A stretch of 64,000 nt of DNA from an uncultured virus (IMG/VR IMGVR_UViG_3300027861_004723). Lineage: Duplodnaviria > Heunggongvirae > Uroviricota > Caudoviricetes. The translations under genes were made by a program, and so were the position numbers. Below are positions 18,875 through 28,245 of this stretch, piece after piece; within the stretch, counting starts at the first letter, position 1, and each line of letters begins with the position of its first letter. The stretch is taken from the IMG/VR virus record IMGVR_UViG_3300027861_004723; one strand, written 5' to 3'. Under the pieces are notes generated by a model. It searched no databases and was not told the origin of the DNA. It was given only the letters and a program-made list of their open reading frames with translations.

Positions 18875-20323
18875 ATGCCAAATTTTTTAGTACTCGATAG
18901 TCATTTCGGAGCGAATTGCGCAGCATTTCTTTATGCCAATGCTACACCAACACAAATAGGTGATGCCTTCGGCGTAGCTGATACACACGCCACCTCAACG
19001 GCAGCACACGGGCGACTAGTCCAGTTCCAGGGTGACCTGTTCGCCCTGGCACAGGATGGGATTTACAAGAAGGACGACCCGACGAGCATGGCGGGTCCGT
19101 GGACCCAACAAATTGCATTTGCGTCTACGAGCCTATCCCCTTCTTATTGGGGCCTTCACGCAATAGAGGTCAATGGAGTAATGAGCCTCATAGGGGTTCG
19201 TCCTGCGGCGGGTATTGCACACAAATACAGATGGGTGAAATACGACGGAACTACGTGGACAGAAGCAGCGGCAGACACCGCTTTCTTCAGTGTCGCCAAC
19301 ACTCAGACGGCTGCCGTTATCGTCTACCACAACACGATATTCTGGGTCGGCGGTAACGGTTCGACAGTTGCCGACTCGATCAGCTACGACCCGGCGACTG
19401 ATAATTACACCAACCTTCAGGCCGCACTAGGCGCACTCTTTCTCAATGGTTGCGGGAATATGTCTATGTGCGTCTTTGAGGACCGCTTGTTCTTGATCGG
19501 AGCTTACGCCTCCGGTGGCAAGATTTTTCGCCTCTGCGAGTTCAACGGTTCAGCGTGGGTAAGTTTCCAGACTTTTGAGCTTGCCTCTGGCGCGAACTGG
19601 ACCGTATCTAAGCCGTCCCTATTTACAGACGGCACAAATATGTGGCTTCTGGCCCCATACGATGCAGGAGGTAGCGGCTGGCGTTGCTGGGAGTGGGATT
19701 CGGCTATGAATAGATCCGAGATCACAGCAACCGTTTTGCCCCCGGCGCTCCGTTGGACTGGGGCTGCGGGAGGGGCCTACTCAGGAACGCCTTCCACCGC
19801 TCGTTTCTCGGTAATTTACGACCTGAACACCACCCCCGGCACCACGGACATTTACCTCTACAACACTACGAGTGGAACTGCCGGGACTGGCTTTGCGTCT
19901 TACAAGTGGAACGGCAACGCCGCGCTTATGACCTCTGTCGATTCAGGCGGCAACGTAGATCACTCATTGCCGCTCACCCACCTAACTATGGGAGAGCGAA
20001 TTTTCACAGCAGGTGAATTAGACATCAAAATAACAGCCCGTGTAGGTGTCTTCGGTGGAGAGCAAATTTCGTTTATAGCATATGGCGGCGGCACAGGTCG
20101 TAAAATGAAGCTACATTATACTCTGGAAGGTACTCCCTCTCTACTTCCCGCAACACTAACTGCCCCAGTAACAGGAGGGTCCGCAACACTAAATACTGGG
20201 TTAAACCAGGTAGAAGGAATCGCTGCCGATGGTGCTACCGTTTACACTATTGTCTGGGCGGTCGGAACCGATGGCTTAAATTCAGACACAAGAGTAATTC
20301 GCTCAGCGGAAGTGTTGGTGTAG
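18875..20323 (+). CDS. Putative virion fibre/receptor-binding protein; paralog of 16492..17958
   Basis: AGGAG SD; shared VQFxGDL, DGIYKKDDP, SMCVFEDRLF and C-terminal ~110 aa. Confidence 0.65.
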   Translation: MPNFLVLDSHFGANCAAFLYANATPTQIGDAFGVADTHATSTAAHGRLVQFQGDLFALAQDGIYKKDDPTSMAGPWTQQIAFASTSLSPSYWGLHAIEVNGVMSLIGVRPAAGIAHKYRWVKYDGTTWTEAAADTAFFSVANTQTAAVIVYHNTIFWVGGNGSTVADSISYDPATDNYTNLQAALGALFLNGCGNMSMCVFEDRLFLIGAYASGGKIFRLCEFNGSAWVSFQTFELASGANWTVSKPSLFTDGTNMWLLAPYDAGGSGWRCWEWDSAMNRSEITATVLPPALRWTGAAGGAYSGTPSTARFSVIYDLNTTPGTTDIYLYNTTSGTAGTGFASYKWNGNAALMTSVDSGGNVDHSLPLTHLTMGERIFTAGELDIKITARVGVFGGEQISFIAYGGGTGRKMKLHYTLEGTPSLLPATLTAPVTGGSATLNTGLNQVEGIAADGATVYTIVWAVGTDGLNSDTRVIRSAEVLV

Positions 20324-20326
20324 CTT

Positions 20327-20896
20327 ATGCCACTAAGTCCAGGCGTAGATGGGTTTATTCAGTCTATACCTACATCGTCTCTAAGTCCAGGCGTAGATGG
20401 GTTTATCCAGGCTATACCTTCATCGTCTCTAAGCCCAGGCGTAGATGGAATTATTCTAGCTCTCCCGTGGCCACTATACCGCTCTGGACAGATCCAACAA
20501 ACAGAGTTAGCAGAAGACCGTTTGGCGAACGTCACAAGCCGTGTTATTAGCACAATACCATCTATAGATCTAACAGCTACTGGAATCACTACCCTCTACA
20601 CGGCCCCTGCTAGTAAAACCGCCCTTATTTTTGGTGTGATCCTTCAGGCTACTGCCGCAGATACTATAACTGTAGCCCCACAAGTTAGCGCGGGATTAAA
20701 CCCAAGCACTGACAATATATTTGCAGTAGAGTCACTGGTTGGACTAACTACAGTTGGTGGTACCTTTGTATATTGGGCCAACCTGAATAAAGCAGTAACT
20801 GTATCCAACGGTGGGGTTTTAGATCTTAATGTTAGTGTAGCTTCTACGGCCACAGCATTAATGGTTACTGCCCGTGTAATAGCAATTATTTCCTGA
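20327..20896 (+). CDS. Virion structural-type protein with three 16-aa repeats; paralog of 15922..16488
   Basis: LSPGVDG(F/I)I x3 (48-nt repeats); DLTATGITTLYTAP domain. Confidence 0.65.
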   Translation: MPLSPGVDGFIQSIPTSSLSPGVDGFIQAIPSSSLSPGVDGIILALPWPLYRSGQIQQTELAEDRLANVTSRVISTIPSIDLTATGITTLYTAPASKTALIFGVILQATAADTITVAPQVSAGLNPSTDNIFAVESLVGLTTVGGTFVYWANLNKAVTVSNGGVLDLNVSVASTATALMVTARVIAIIS

Positions 20897-21049
20897 CCCG
20901 ACTAATATCACGGATAAAGAATTTATAGCTCTCGCAAAGAGAGGCTGGCAGCCCATGCGAGGAGTTGATACTCTTGGCAGAGCGTGGATATTTGAAACCA
21001 AGGATATGAAGACATACCTTTATTGAATCAATTATGGTAAACTTGTGGT

Positions 21050-21436
21050 ATGATCCCTCGCATCCACAAACCTTCGCCCCAACAGTTGGAAGCTGCTGCT
21101 CGCAGAAAGCAGCCATTTGTTGTAACCGGACTAATAAATGACTGGGATATCATGGACTGGACTCCCGATGAATTGGCAGAGAAGCATCCTAACTATCCCT
21201 GCCGCATAGCGCTTACGTTGGTAGAACAAATGTCTGCTACCAGATTTATTAGCATTCCACTTAAAAAGTATGTTGAAATTCTAAAAAACATGGTTCTTGA
21301 TCCAGCTAGTGAAAAGAATTTTTATTTTCTAGAAAATAGGGGCTTTCTGCCACATACGGGTTTGGAAAAGGTCTTGGAAGATGAAATAGAAGACTGTATA
21401 CCTGTTTGGCCCAGAGCAATTCCAGTAATGCCTTGA
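21050..21436 (+). pseudogene. Truncated JmjC/cupin-8-like protein (N-terminal part only)
   Basis: TAAACT-6nt-ATG; QPFVVTGLINDW..WTPDELAEK typical of JmjC N-termini; no HxD...H core; runs into the antisense strand of 21322..21558. Confidence 0.6.
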
Positions 21437-21558
21437 ATACCAGTATTCCCAGAGGTGACCAGGGGGTTGCCCTGGTCATCAGTTAAAACATCGCCTGCTT
21501 TAAGAGTCCGGTTTTTACCGGTCGAGAGGTCTACACCAAATGGATCAACATTAGCCAT
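21322..21558 (-). pseudogene. Truncated collagen-like virion protein
   Basis: TATAAT-6nt-ATG; N-terminus similar to 35965 (DxxTGxxRTxKxGD); GNTGIQGITG..GQTGIQ repeat stops abruptly at ~21394. Confidence 0.6.
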
Positions 21559-21644
21559 AGATTAATTATACACTTTTCATGTATAAATTAACAAAAATTA
21601 ACACAAGCGTTGATCTTTGATCTCTGATCTCTTATCATAGCCCA

Positions 21645-21842
21645 ATGCCGCCAAGCCCTCCGAACCCCCAAGAACAAGACCGCTTACAACATACAGTAGA
21701 GCATCCTGTCTGGCGTGAATTTACTAAACATGTTTCTGGTAGGCTATGGTTGACGAGGAGGCTCCAGCTAACTGGAGGGGTTTTGGAAGGACTTTGGGAC
21801 TGGCCTTTGATTATTGATCAGATCAAGGAAGACGACGTTTAA
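21645..21842 (+). CDS. Small hypothetical protein
   Basis: TTGATC-17-TATCAT-6nt-ATG. Confidence 0.7.
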   Translation: MPPSPPNPQEQDRLQHTVEHPVWREFTKHVSGRLWLTRRLQLTGGVLEGLWDWPLIIDQIKEDDV

Positions 21843-22141
21843 CGGCCACCATATTTCTCGCATTTACCACTCTTGGTCCACCAAGTCAAGCTACCATAAG
21901 CGCCGACCCCTTTTCCGCTAGCAAAGATCAAAACATATAGGTAAGATAGCAGCCCAGCCGCTGGGTCGATTATCTTATGAATGATTCCGGCTATAACCAA
22001 CAAACTCAATACTGTAATCAATATCGTCAGGATACTCGCTAAAATATTACGCTGGCTGTAAACACAGCGATGGTAAGAGGTTATCAGGACTTCTTGAACT
22101 AAGCCCGCTAGAAAATACAAAAAACAAGGGAAAATCACCAT
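21839..22141 (-). CDS. Small multi-pass membrane protein
   Basis: TGcTATAAT upstream; three hydrophobic segments. Confidence 0.7.
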   Translation of the reverse strand: MVIFPCFLYFLAGLVQEVLITSYHRCVYSQRNILASILTILITVLSLLVIAGIIHKIIDPAAGLLSYLYVLIFASGKGVGAYGSLTWWTKSGKCEKYGGR

Positions 22142-22220
22142 AAGCAGACATTATAGCATTAACTCCCTTTACTAAAAACAATGGCCTTGTTTTCAAAATC
22201 TAGTCTGCTAATATATCCGA

Positions 22221-23180
22221 ATGAAGATCACTAAACAGCTACAAGACCAACTGCTCACTACAATTGATATTGCCATGCAAGCAGCCCTCAAAGTCTACGC
22301 CCAAGACGATTTTGGTATCCAAACAAAGAGTGACCAATCACCGGTTACAGCGGCAGATTTAGAGGTTAACCGTATTCTCACGGAAACTTTGCACGAGCAT
22401 ACACCAGACATTCCTGTAGTTAGTGAGGAAGATAATAACCTCACTTGGGAGGACCGCCAAAAGCTAGACCTGTTTTGGATCATTGATCCCATTGACGGAA
22501 CCAAGGAATTTATCAAGAAATCTGGTGAGTTTACCATTAACTTGGGATTGATAAAGAATCAAAAACCTATCTTTGGCGTTATCGCTATTCCCATCACAGG
22601 CGAGGTCTTCTGGGGTGGGCAAGAAATGGAACATTGCCCTGTCGGATGCGGACAAGAAAGGGAAAACTGCCCCACCACTTGGACCGGAACAGCGTCTTAT
22701 GTTAGAAAGCCCACACTTGATTTTGAGGCTACCCTCGGATCCCCACCAAAGTTCAGCACGTTTCAAATCCGTGCCCGTGAAATGCAAAAAGCAGATCACA
22801 TTGTAACCCTGGGATCAACACCAGAATTTCAAACCTTGGCGTATTCTACGTTGGTTGACATTACCTGCAGCAAAGACCATCTTCATGCCAATGATACGGC
22901 TTTCATAAAGAACATCGCAAAAGATCACTACATCAAGCTAAAACCCTGCGGCAGCACTATTAAAATCTGTCGTATTGCGGAAGGCGAAGCCGATCTCTAT
23001 ATTAGGACAGGCGGCATTAATGACTGGGATCTGGCTGCGGGCCACGCTATCATTGAGGCTGCTGGCGGTCGTGTTTCTACCCTTGATGGCAAAGATCTAG
23101 TCTATAATACAGAAACACAAAAACTAGCTCCTTTTATTGTCCATGGAGCGACCAAGTTAGATTGGACTAAATACCTATGA
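22221..23180 (+). CDS. cysQ: 3'(2'),5'-bisphosphate nucleotidase (CysQ, inositol monophosphatase family)
   Basis: KSDQSPVTAAD, VSEE, WIIDPIDGTKEFI, WDLAAGHAIIEAAGG. Confidence 0.9.
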   Translation: MKITKQLQDQLLTTIDIAMQAALKVYAQDDFGIQTKSDQSPVTAADLEVNRILTETLHEHTPDIPVVSEEDNNLTWEDRQKLDLFWIIDPIDGTKEFIKKSGEFTINLGLIKNQKPIFGVIAIPITGEVFWGGQEMEHCPVGCGQERENCPTTWTGTASYVRKPTLDFEATLGSPPKFSTFQIRAREMQKADHIVTLGSTPEFQTLAYSTLVDITCSKDHLHANDTAFIKNIAKDHYIKLKPCGSTIKICRIAEGEADLYIRTGGINDWDLAAGHAIIEAAGGRVSTLDGKDLVYNTETQKLAPFIVHGATKLDWTKYL

Positions 23181-23398
23181 AAATAAAAACCATCAGCTAT
23201 AAAAGAACCAAACAAACCAAGCAGTATGAGCCCGAGGTTATCGAACTAATAATAGACCTGGCCCCTGGGGAAACCACAAAGGAAGTCATTGCGAAGGCAA
23301 GAGCTTTGGTAGCAGCAGAGTTTGGGGAAGAGCCTGCCCCCTGCACTTGTGATTTAATGACGCTATCTTCAAAAGGTTGCCTTTGCGGTGGAAGCTAG
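23177..23398 (+). CDS. Hypothetical protein with C-terminal CxC-x8-GCxCGG module
   Basis: ATGA overlap with cysQ; ends PCTCDLMTLSSKGCLCGGS. Confidence 0.75.
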   Translation: MKIKTISYKRTKQTKQYEPEVIELIIDLAPGETTKEVIAKARALVAAEFGEEPAPCTCDLMTLSSKGCLCGGS

Positions 23399-23405
23399 AG
23401 CACCA

Positions 23406-23627
23406 ATGATCCAGCCCACCCCAATGAGCCAGCCCCTTAAACCTCAACATAGATACAAGGCCTGCAATGACCCTGGCTGGCATCCCAGTTGGGAAAAAAT
23501 GGATACGACTATTTTACTTGAAGTCGGGGCCTTACCCTGGGATAAAGCAAATTCCGTTTTAGATCAAATATACGACATAGGGTTTTATATCCATGAAGAA
23601 CTATATTGCTGGCCAGAGAATTCATAG
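23406..23627 (+). CDS. Small hypothetical protein
   Basis: Co-oriented ORF in operon. Confidence 0.5.
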   Translation: MIQPTPMSQPLKPQHRYKACNDPGWHPSWEKMDTTILLEVGALPWDKANSVLDQIYDIGFYIHEELYCWPENS

Positions 23628-23632
23628 TTTCT

Positions 23633-23869
23633 ATGAAAGATGTCTCCCTAAACATCCATATGAAATTATTCAGGACCCGCGCTGGTGTTGATATAATGGA
23701 CGAAATTCGTGATATCCTACGTAATTCCGCCTATCACAATGATCCAGATCCTGACAGACATTGCTGGAAATTGCCGGATTATTACCACACTGCTGCTGCT
23801 TGGATATACTTCTTGCCCATTAACCGAGTGCAAGACTTGACCCACCAACAGGTTTTTTATCCAAAATAA
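23633..23869 (+). CDS. Small hypothetical protein
   Basis: Co-oriented ORF in operon. Confidence 0.5.
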   Translation: MKDVSLNIHMKLFRTRAGVDIMDEIRDILRNSAYHNDPDPDRHCWKLPDYYHTAAAWIYFLPINRVQDLTHQQVFYPK

Positions 23870-23936
23870 CGACAACAAATCCGTCCAACCTTTGCTTTCC
23901 CACACCTCTTCTTTTATATTCTAAATAGAGGAAATC

Positions 23937-24602
23937 ATGTCTAATCAAACCTGCCCTTTTTGTGGAAAATCCCCCGTCCAGCAACTACTAACCAGCTATC
24001 TGTGCTACAACGCAGAATGCGCCTACTACGATGAAGCCTACGCAGCGGACCTATTCGATGAGACTGGCGATACCATATTCATCTTCCCCAGCCCAGCAGA
24101 CATACAGTATGAGACGTATGAGTGGAAGGGGGTTGGCGAAAAGATGACGCGCATCACCCCACCAGCACCACCACCAGCACCACATCCAAGCACAGCTGAT
24201 TTCTCCACAAAAACCGACGAGGAAGAAGCCGCCCTCGATTTGATATCCGGATCAGGATATACTGTTACCACAACCCCCTCTTCAGGTTTTGTGTGGGCCG
24301 TACCGCAAGACTATAACACCTATACCTATGCCCCTACAACCGGATATCTGACAACAGGAACAGCCTGGTCTTTAACCACAAGCACAAGCACAACCACAGA
24401 CGATAGCACATATGACCACGATTTTGAGGATATCAATGAGCTAAAAGATCACTACGACGGGCAGATCGAAGACCTGATCGATGATATTGATGATAATGAA
24501 GCGAGAATTAAAGAACTAGAGAAAACCATTGCCTCTCTAGCTGCGACCGTAGCAAGTCTAACGGTAGCTATCCAGAAACCTCAAATATCAAACATAAATT
24601 AA
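23937..24602 (+). CDS. Protein with N-terminal zinc ribbon and C-terminal coiled coil
   Basis: GAGG SD; CPFCG...CYNAEC; IEDLIDDIDDNEARIKELEKTIASL. Confidence 0.75.
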   Translation: MSNQTCPFCGKSPVQQLLTSYLCYNAECAYYDEAYAADLFDETGDTIFIFPSPADIQYETYEWKGVGEKMTRITPPAPPPAPHPSTADFSTKTDEEEAALDLISGSGYTVTTTPSSGFVWAVPQDYNTYTYAPTTGYLTTGTAWSLTTSTSTTTDDSTYDHDFEDINELKDHYDGQIEDLIDDIDDNEARIKELEKTIASLAATVASLTVAIQKPQISNIN

Positions 24603-24657
24603 GCTGCCTAGCTATTTGAAATCAGGTATGCTATAATTCCCCATACGGAGAAATTTT

Positions 24658-24846
24658 ATGAAAAAACTACTTAACAAAAAAGTCCTGGCTGCCGTCGTAG
24701 CACTCGTTGTTGCGCTTGGTATTTGTGACTTAACCCTGCTTGAAAACTCAAACCTGAAGCCTATTCTAAACAGTATTCAGGAAGCCTTAACCGAAGAAGC
24801 ACCAGAAGCTACTGAAGCTGCGCCCTTAACCGAAGAAGTTAAGTAA
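24658..24846 (+). CDS. Small membrane-anchored protein
   Basis: TGcTATAAT, GGAG SD; hydrophobic N-terminus; terminator after. Confidence 0.75.
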   Translation: MKKLLNKKVLAAVVALVVALGICDLTLLENSNLKPILNSIQEALTEEAPEATEAAPLTEEVK

Positions 24847-24868
24847 GCACAGTTCTTAACCCAACCTT

Positions 24869-24898
24869 AAAATGCCAGGCTATAGCCTGGCATTTTTT
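24869..24898 (+). terminator. Rho-independent terminator (perfect palindrome)
   Basis: aaaatgccaggc-tata-gcctggcatttttt. Confidence 0.85.
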
Positions 24899-24914
24899 AT
24901 AAAGAGAGAAAACT

Positions 24915-25316
24915 ATGTCGCTAGCAGATAAAATGCGCCAAAAAACAAGCGAAGCTCTTTCTGATAAGGAAGAGCAAGTCCATAAAAATGAAGCCGCTGC
25001 TTTAGAGAAAGTAGTAGAGTTTCGCAAGAAGACCCGCAGACTAGCTAATACTCGCTACTCACACCTAACCAAATTGATAGAAGGCGCTGCTGCCACTGGA
25101 AAAAGCAGCCTAGAATATCCATCTACATGGACCTTCGGAACTCATAATGATGAAAATACTGAGATATTCTCACAGATCGCTGAAAAACTAAGAAGCGATG
25201 GGTTCGAAGTAGAGGTATTTCCGGAATCGAAAAAAAGTCGCATACATCTGCCACCAGATCGCACCTATGTTATGGATCACAGAGTCAGACTAGTCATTAG
25301 CTGGAAAACCGCCTAG
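24915..25316 (+). CDS. Hypothetical protein
   Basis: 133-aa ORF; KLRSDGFEVEV...LVISW. Confidence 0.7.
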   Translation: MSLADKMRQKTSEALSDKEEQVHKNEAAALEKVVEFRKKTRRLANTRYSHLTKLIEGAAATGKSSLEYPSTWTFGTHNDENTEIFSQIAEKLRSDGFEVEVFPESKKSRIHLPPDRTYVMDHRVRLVISWKTA

Positions 25317-25495
25317 AGCGGGTATATTTCCAGAACTTCCCCACTAGATGCGGTACAGCTATAATGCTCGGGGCCGTTTCCGTGCTTTTCTTTGACAAAC
25401 TGCAACCCGAACCGATCAAGAAAATCTTTAACTTGGTCTAGATTAATTTTCTTTGTTTTGATGACCAGGGTATTCTCATCATACCAACGAATCAT
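25313..25495 (-). CDS. Small protein, possibly glyoxalase/VOC-like fragment
   Basis: FGLQFVKEKHGNGPEHYS...VLEIYP. Confidence 0.55.
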   Translation of the reverse strand: MIRWYDENTLVIKTKKINLDQVKDFLDRFGLQFVKEKHGNGPEHYSCTASSGEVLEIYPL

Positions 25496-25623
25496 TTTGA
25501 CTCTTTAACGACCTGGCTAAGTAAGGTAGCCCCTACCTGACAAAGTTTGCTTGGATCAGCAACGTTTTTGCTGCACTGGGGGCATTCTTGGAGATGTGTT
25601 TGAAATTTTTCTACTGTGCTCAT
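25492..25623 (-). CDS. 43-aa HxxxCxxC zinc-binding protein (not in ORF track)
   Basis: TTTGaTAGAAT-6nt-ATG; MSTVEKFQTHLQECPQCSKNVADPSKLCQVG; ATGA overlap with the next gene. Confidence 0.65.
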   Translation of the reverse strand: MSTVEKFQTHLQECPQCSKNVADPSKLCQVGATLLSQVVKESK

Positions 25624-25682
25624 ACGACGATTCTATCAAAGATTTAAATTAAGACAACGCTAGGATTTGGTAGACTAAACAG

Positions 25683-26495
25683 GTGTCACGTTTATTTATC
25701 TTACGTTTGCTAGTTTGGTTCGGGCTAATGTTGCCGGTATTTGGACAACAGAAAATACCAAACCCCACCCAACCGAAAACCCCAGAAACCTTGCCACAAG
25801 TAACGCATCACCGGGATGTCAGGCCGGAAGAGTTTGCTAGGCCCACTAAACATATTTTGTTTTTATTTGATTCCAGTGGGTCTATGGATGCTAATCAAAT
25901 AGGAACAGCCATAGAGTTCGTGCTAGATAATCGCAGCGGCGTAGCTGCAGCGCCATTTGACGATTTTCACATAGCTCTAGCTACTTTCGGTACTGGAGTA
26001 GCTCGTTGGGAAGGCGCAGAGGATATAGACCCGGCTACGAATAGACCCATAAGCCAGTATGGCTGGGCTGCTATGCCATCAGAGGATAACCTCACAGCTG
26101 CACGAGCGTGGATCTCTGCTAATTTAGACGGAGGATCTACCAATTTTATTCCCGGCATTAGGCATTGTTTTAATAGCAGCAGTGGAGTAAATGCTAATCT
26201 AGCCGGGTTACAGAGACCAGTAACTGTAAACGAGCTAACAATACTGATTATCTCTGATGGAGAATTTCATGATAAGCAGCAAGCCAGTAATGTTATAGCA
26301 GAACTACAAAAACATCGCAGAGCTAATAACTTACCAGAAGCCATGATAGGATTTGTTGGCATCCAAGTAGATATGCCTGATACCCCGACAGATATCACCG
26401 GACATAGCGTGATGATCGGACTAGCCACGGAACATGCAAAGCTGGGATACCTCAGAATAGAATTCACCAGACGCGAAGAAGAAGACGAAGATTAA
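25683..26495 (+). CDS. Secreted VWA-domain protein
   Basis: TAGACT-6nt-GTG; signal peptide; FLFDSSGSM, GGST, IISDG. Confidence 0.8.
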   Translation: MSRLFILRLLVWFGLMLPVFGQQKIPNPTQPKTPETLPQVTHHRDVRPEEFARPTKHILFLFDSSGSMDANQIGTAIEFVLDNRSGVAAAPFDDFHIALATFGTGVARWEGAEDIDPATNRPISQYGWAAMPSEDNLTAARAWISANLDGGSTNFIPGIRHCFNSSSGVNANLAGLQRPVTVNELTILIISDGEFHDKQQASNVIAELQKHRRANNLPEAMIGFVGIQVDMPDTPTDITGHSVMIGLATEHAKLGYLRIEFTRREEEDED

Positions 26496-26548
26496 AAAAG
26501 CTTCACGCTGATCCTTGATCTCAGCCCTCAGATCCCTATACTGGCTCT

Positions 26549-26881
26549 ATGCTAAAAAACATAGCCCTCGTTCTCTCCCTCCTATTCAGTTTGGGCCTGG
26601 TGACATATATCGTATCCTCAGATCCAGATAAAACCCCAGAACAAATCCTAGCTGAAGAACACGCTAAATCAGATAAAGAAACCTTGGAACTAATTAATAA
26701 GGCTAGAAGTTACTGGCTACCACCAGAAGCTACTGAGGTCAAACATTTAGGTAATTACTGGTTTACTTTCACCTTGCAGAACAGGCGCTTTATGTTTCAT
26801 CACGGTAACCAGTATCGGCAAGGCTATGAATCAATAGTAGAACTTCGGCCCGCAAACCCCCAACCGGAAGCGAATAAATAA
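26549..26881 (+). CDS. Membrane-anchored hypothetical protein
   Basis: TTGATC-16-TATACT-6nt-ATG; N-terminal TM helix. Confidence 0.75.
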   Translation: MLKNIALVLSLLFSLGLVTYIVSSDPDKTPEQILAEEHAKSDKETLELINKARSYWLPPEATEVKHLGNYWFTFTLQNRRFMFHHGNQYRQGYESIVELRPANPQPEANK

Positions 26882-27117
26882 TGCGAGAATGGTTCGATGA
26901 GTTCCAAGATTCCATTTGGTTTGTCTTAATCGCAGGGGCCCCAATATGCACAGCAATTGTTTGCGCTTCGTATTTAGTTGGGACAGCTTACGGGATGATA
27001 GCCTTTATAGCTGCATTTGTGGGCCAGCTTATTCCTTTTTTAATATTGGCTGCGAAATTTGGTCAAAGGTCTGGGCGAAGGTGCTATGAACGAGACAAGA
27101 GAAAATACGGCTTGTAA
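26881..27117 (+). CDS. Small 2-TM membrane protein
   Basis: TAATG coupling; two hydrophobic segments. Confidence 0.65.
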   Translation: MREWFDEFQDSIWFVLIAGAPICTAIVCASYLVGTAYGMIAFIAAFVGQLIPFLILAAKFGQRSGRRCYERDKRKYGL

Positions 27118-27312
27118 ATGATCCACTACCGCAGGGAAGATATATCAACCCCGCTTTTGAAAGCATATCTGAAAAAGATAGATGTGCGGGTGGAACCCGC
27201 TTATCCTGGCGATGAGCGTTCACAAACATTTGATCTAGTTATGGCTGAACAAGTGCGCCCCATATCAGAAGTCCTACTCCGAGAACTTGAAGCCACAGAT
27301 GAAACCTCTTAA
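27118..27312 (+). CDS. Small hypothetical protein
   Basis: Abuts the previous stop codon. Confidence 0.6.
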   Translation: MIHYRREDISTPLLKAYLKKIDVRVEPAYPGDERSQTFDLVMAEQVRPISEVLLRELEATDETS

Positions 27313-27535
27313 AATACGAAATCCACACCACCTAACACCCTACCCTGCTGGGAACGAATTCCCAATGCTTGAGCTTGAGGCTCGCAATGGAGGGCTTTGT
27401 TCCCCAGGAGTTATTCATGATGCAGTTTACAACATTTTCCTGCCAGTCCATAGAGTAGCAATGCCACTTAGCGATGATCTCCAGTTTGCTATTTTCAACG
27501 CCCCAAGCGATGACCGCACTAAGAAACAACAATGA
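27299..27535 (+). CDS. Small hypothetical protein
   Basis: Overlapping operon gene. Confidence 0.5.
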   Translation: MKPLKIRNPHHLTPYPAGNEFPMLELEARNGGLCSPGVIHDAVYNIFLPVHRVAMPLSDDLQFAIFNAPSDDRTKKQQ

Positions 27536-27695
27536 ACCTACAAAACTTCCCCCAGGGCTGCGGCCCCCCAGAGCTAATAATATTTTTAGTGATAATCGGG
27601 CTAGCCTACCTCAGTTATGCTCTTATTAAGACTATTGATTAGAAAGTTAAAATCGGCTGTCTTGAATAACCTGTTCCTCCGGCTAAAATAAGCCA

Positions 27696-27956
27696 ATGAC
27701 CAGCCCAGATCCCCGCCCACTCTCCATCGTCCGCTTCAAAGTGGAAGACAGAAAAAAAGAAATAGAACAAGGTTACTATACCGGTTTGCTCGATTCAGAT
27801 GGCAAATCCAAGCAATTCATCTATCTAGGTGATATGCCTAACCAAATAGGACATTGCGTTCTAATTGAAATCGGCCCGCAACCAGACCTTCAAGGATCAT
27901 TCCGACTATTCCACCACACTGCAGATTTCGAGGAAATACCAGAAGATGACCTCTAG
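27696..27956 (+). CDS. Hypothetical protein
   Basis: TTGAAT..TAAAAT-6nt-ATG; FIYLGDMPNQIGHCVLI. Confidence 0.75.
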   Translation: MTSPDPRPLSIVRFKVEDRKKEIEQGYYTGLLDSDGKSKQFIYLGDMPNQIGHCVLIEIGPQPDLQGSFRLFHHTADFEEIPEDDL

Positions 27957-28245
27957 TATAAAAAACGAAGCCCCCTGCGGTCTATACTACGATAGCTGGA
28001 TGCGCATCATCTGCAGTAACGAAGATTGCCAAGCCACGAACTGGGTTGAGCTAGGTGATCTCAATGATTATTCAGCCAGAGACCGTCATGCAGCTACCTG
28101 TCACGAGTGCCAAACCAAATTCTGGATAGACTGGAAAATAAAGAAATACGCTGAAGATCATTTCGATTTTGACCATATGGACATAACCAAAGATGTTATT
28201 GATCAAGATGAGGTATACTGCATTGAAGGCGTGGCAAAACCGTGA
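27946..28245 (+). CDS. Zinc-ribbon protein
   Basis: CSNEDC...CHECQTKF. Confidence 0.65.
   Translation: MTSSIKNEAPCGLYYDSWMRIICSNEDCQATNWVELGDLNDYSARDRHAATCHECQTKFWIDWKIKKYAEDHFDFDHMDITKDVIDQDEVYCIEGVAKP

Noticed and set aside
15922..20896. Active site-specific invertible (Gin/Cin-type) tail-fibre switch or DGR
   Set aside because: The paralogs differ at synonymous sites, both have their own promoters and starts, and no invertase, reverse transcriptase or adenine-specific TR/VR pair is visible in the window.
20883..21026. Headless reading frame QLFPDPTNITDKEFIALAKRGWQPMRGVDTLGRAWIFETKDMKTYLY* as a second deletion scar
   Set aside because: It looks protein-like, but the upstream gene ends at the same position as its paralogs, so there is no independent evidence of a junction and no convincing start.
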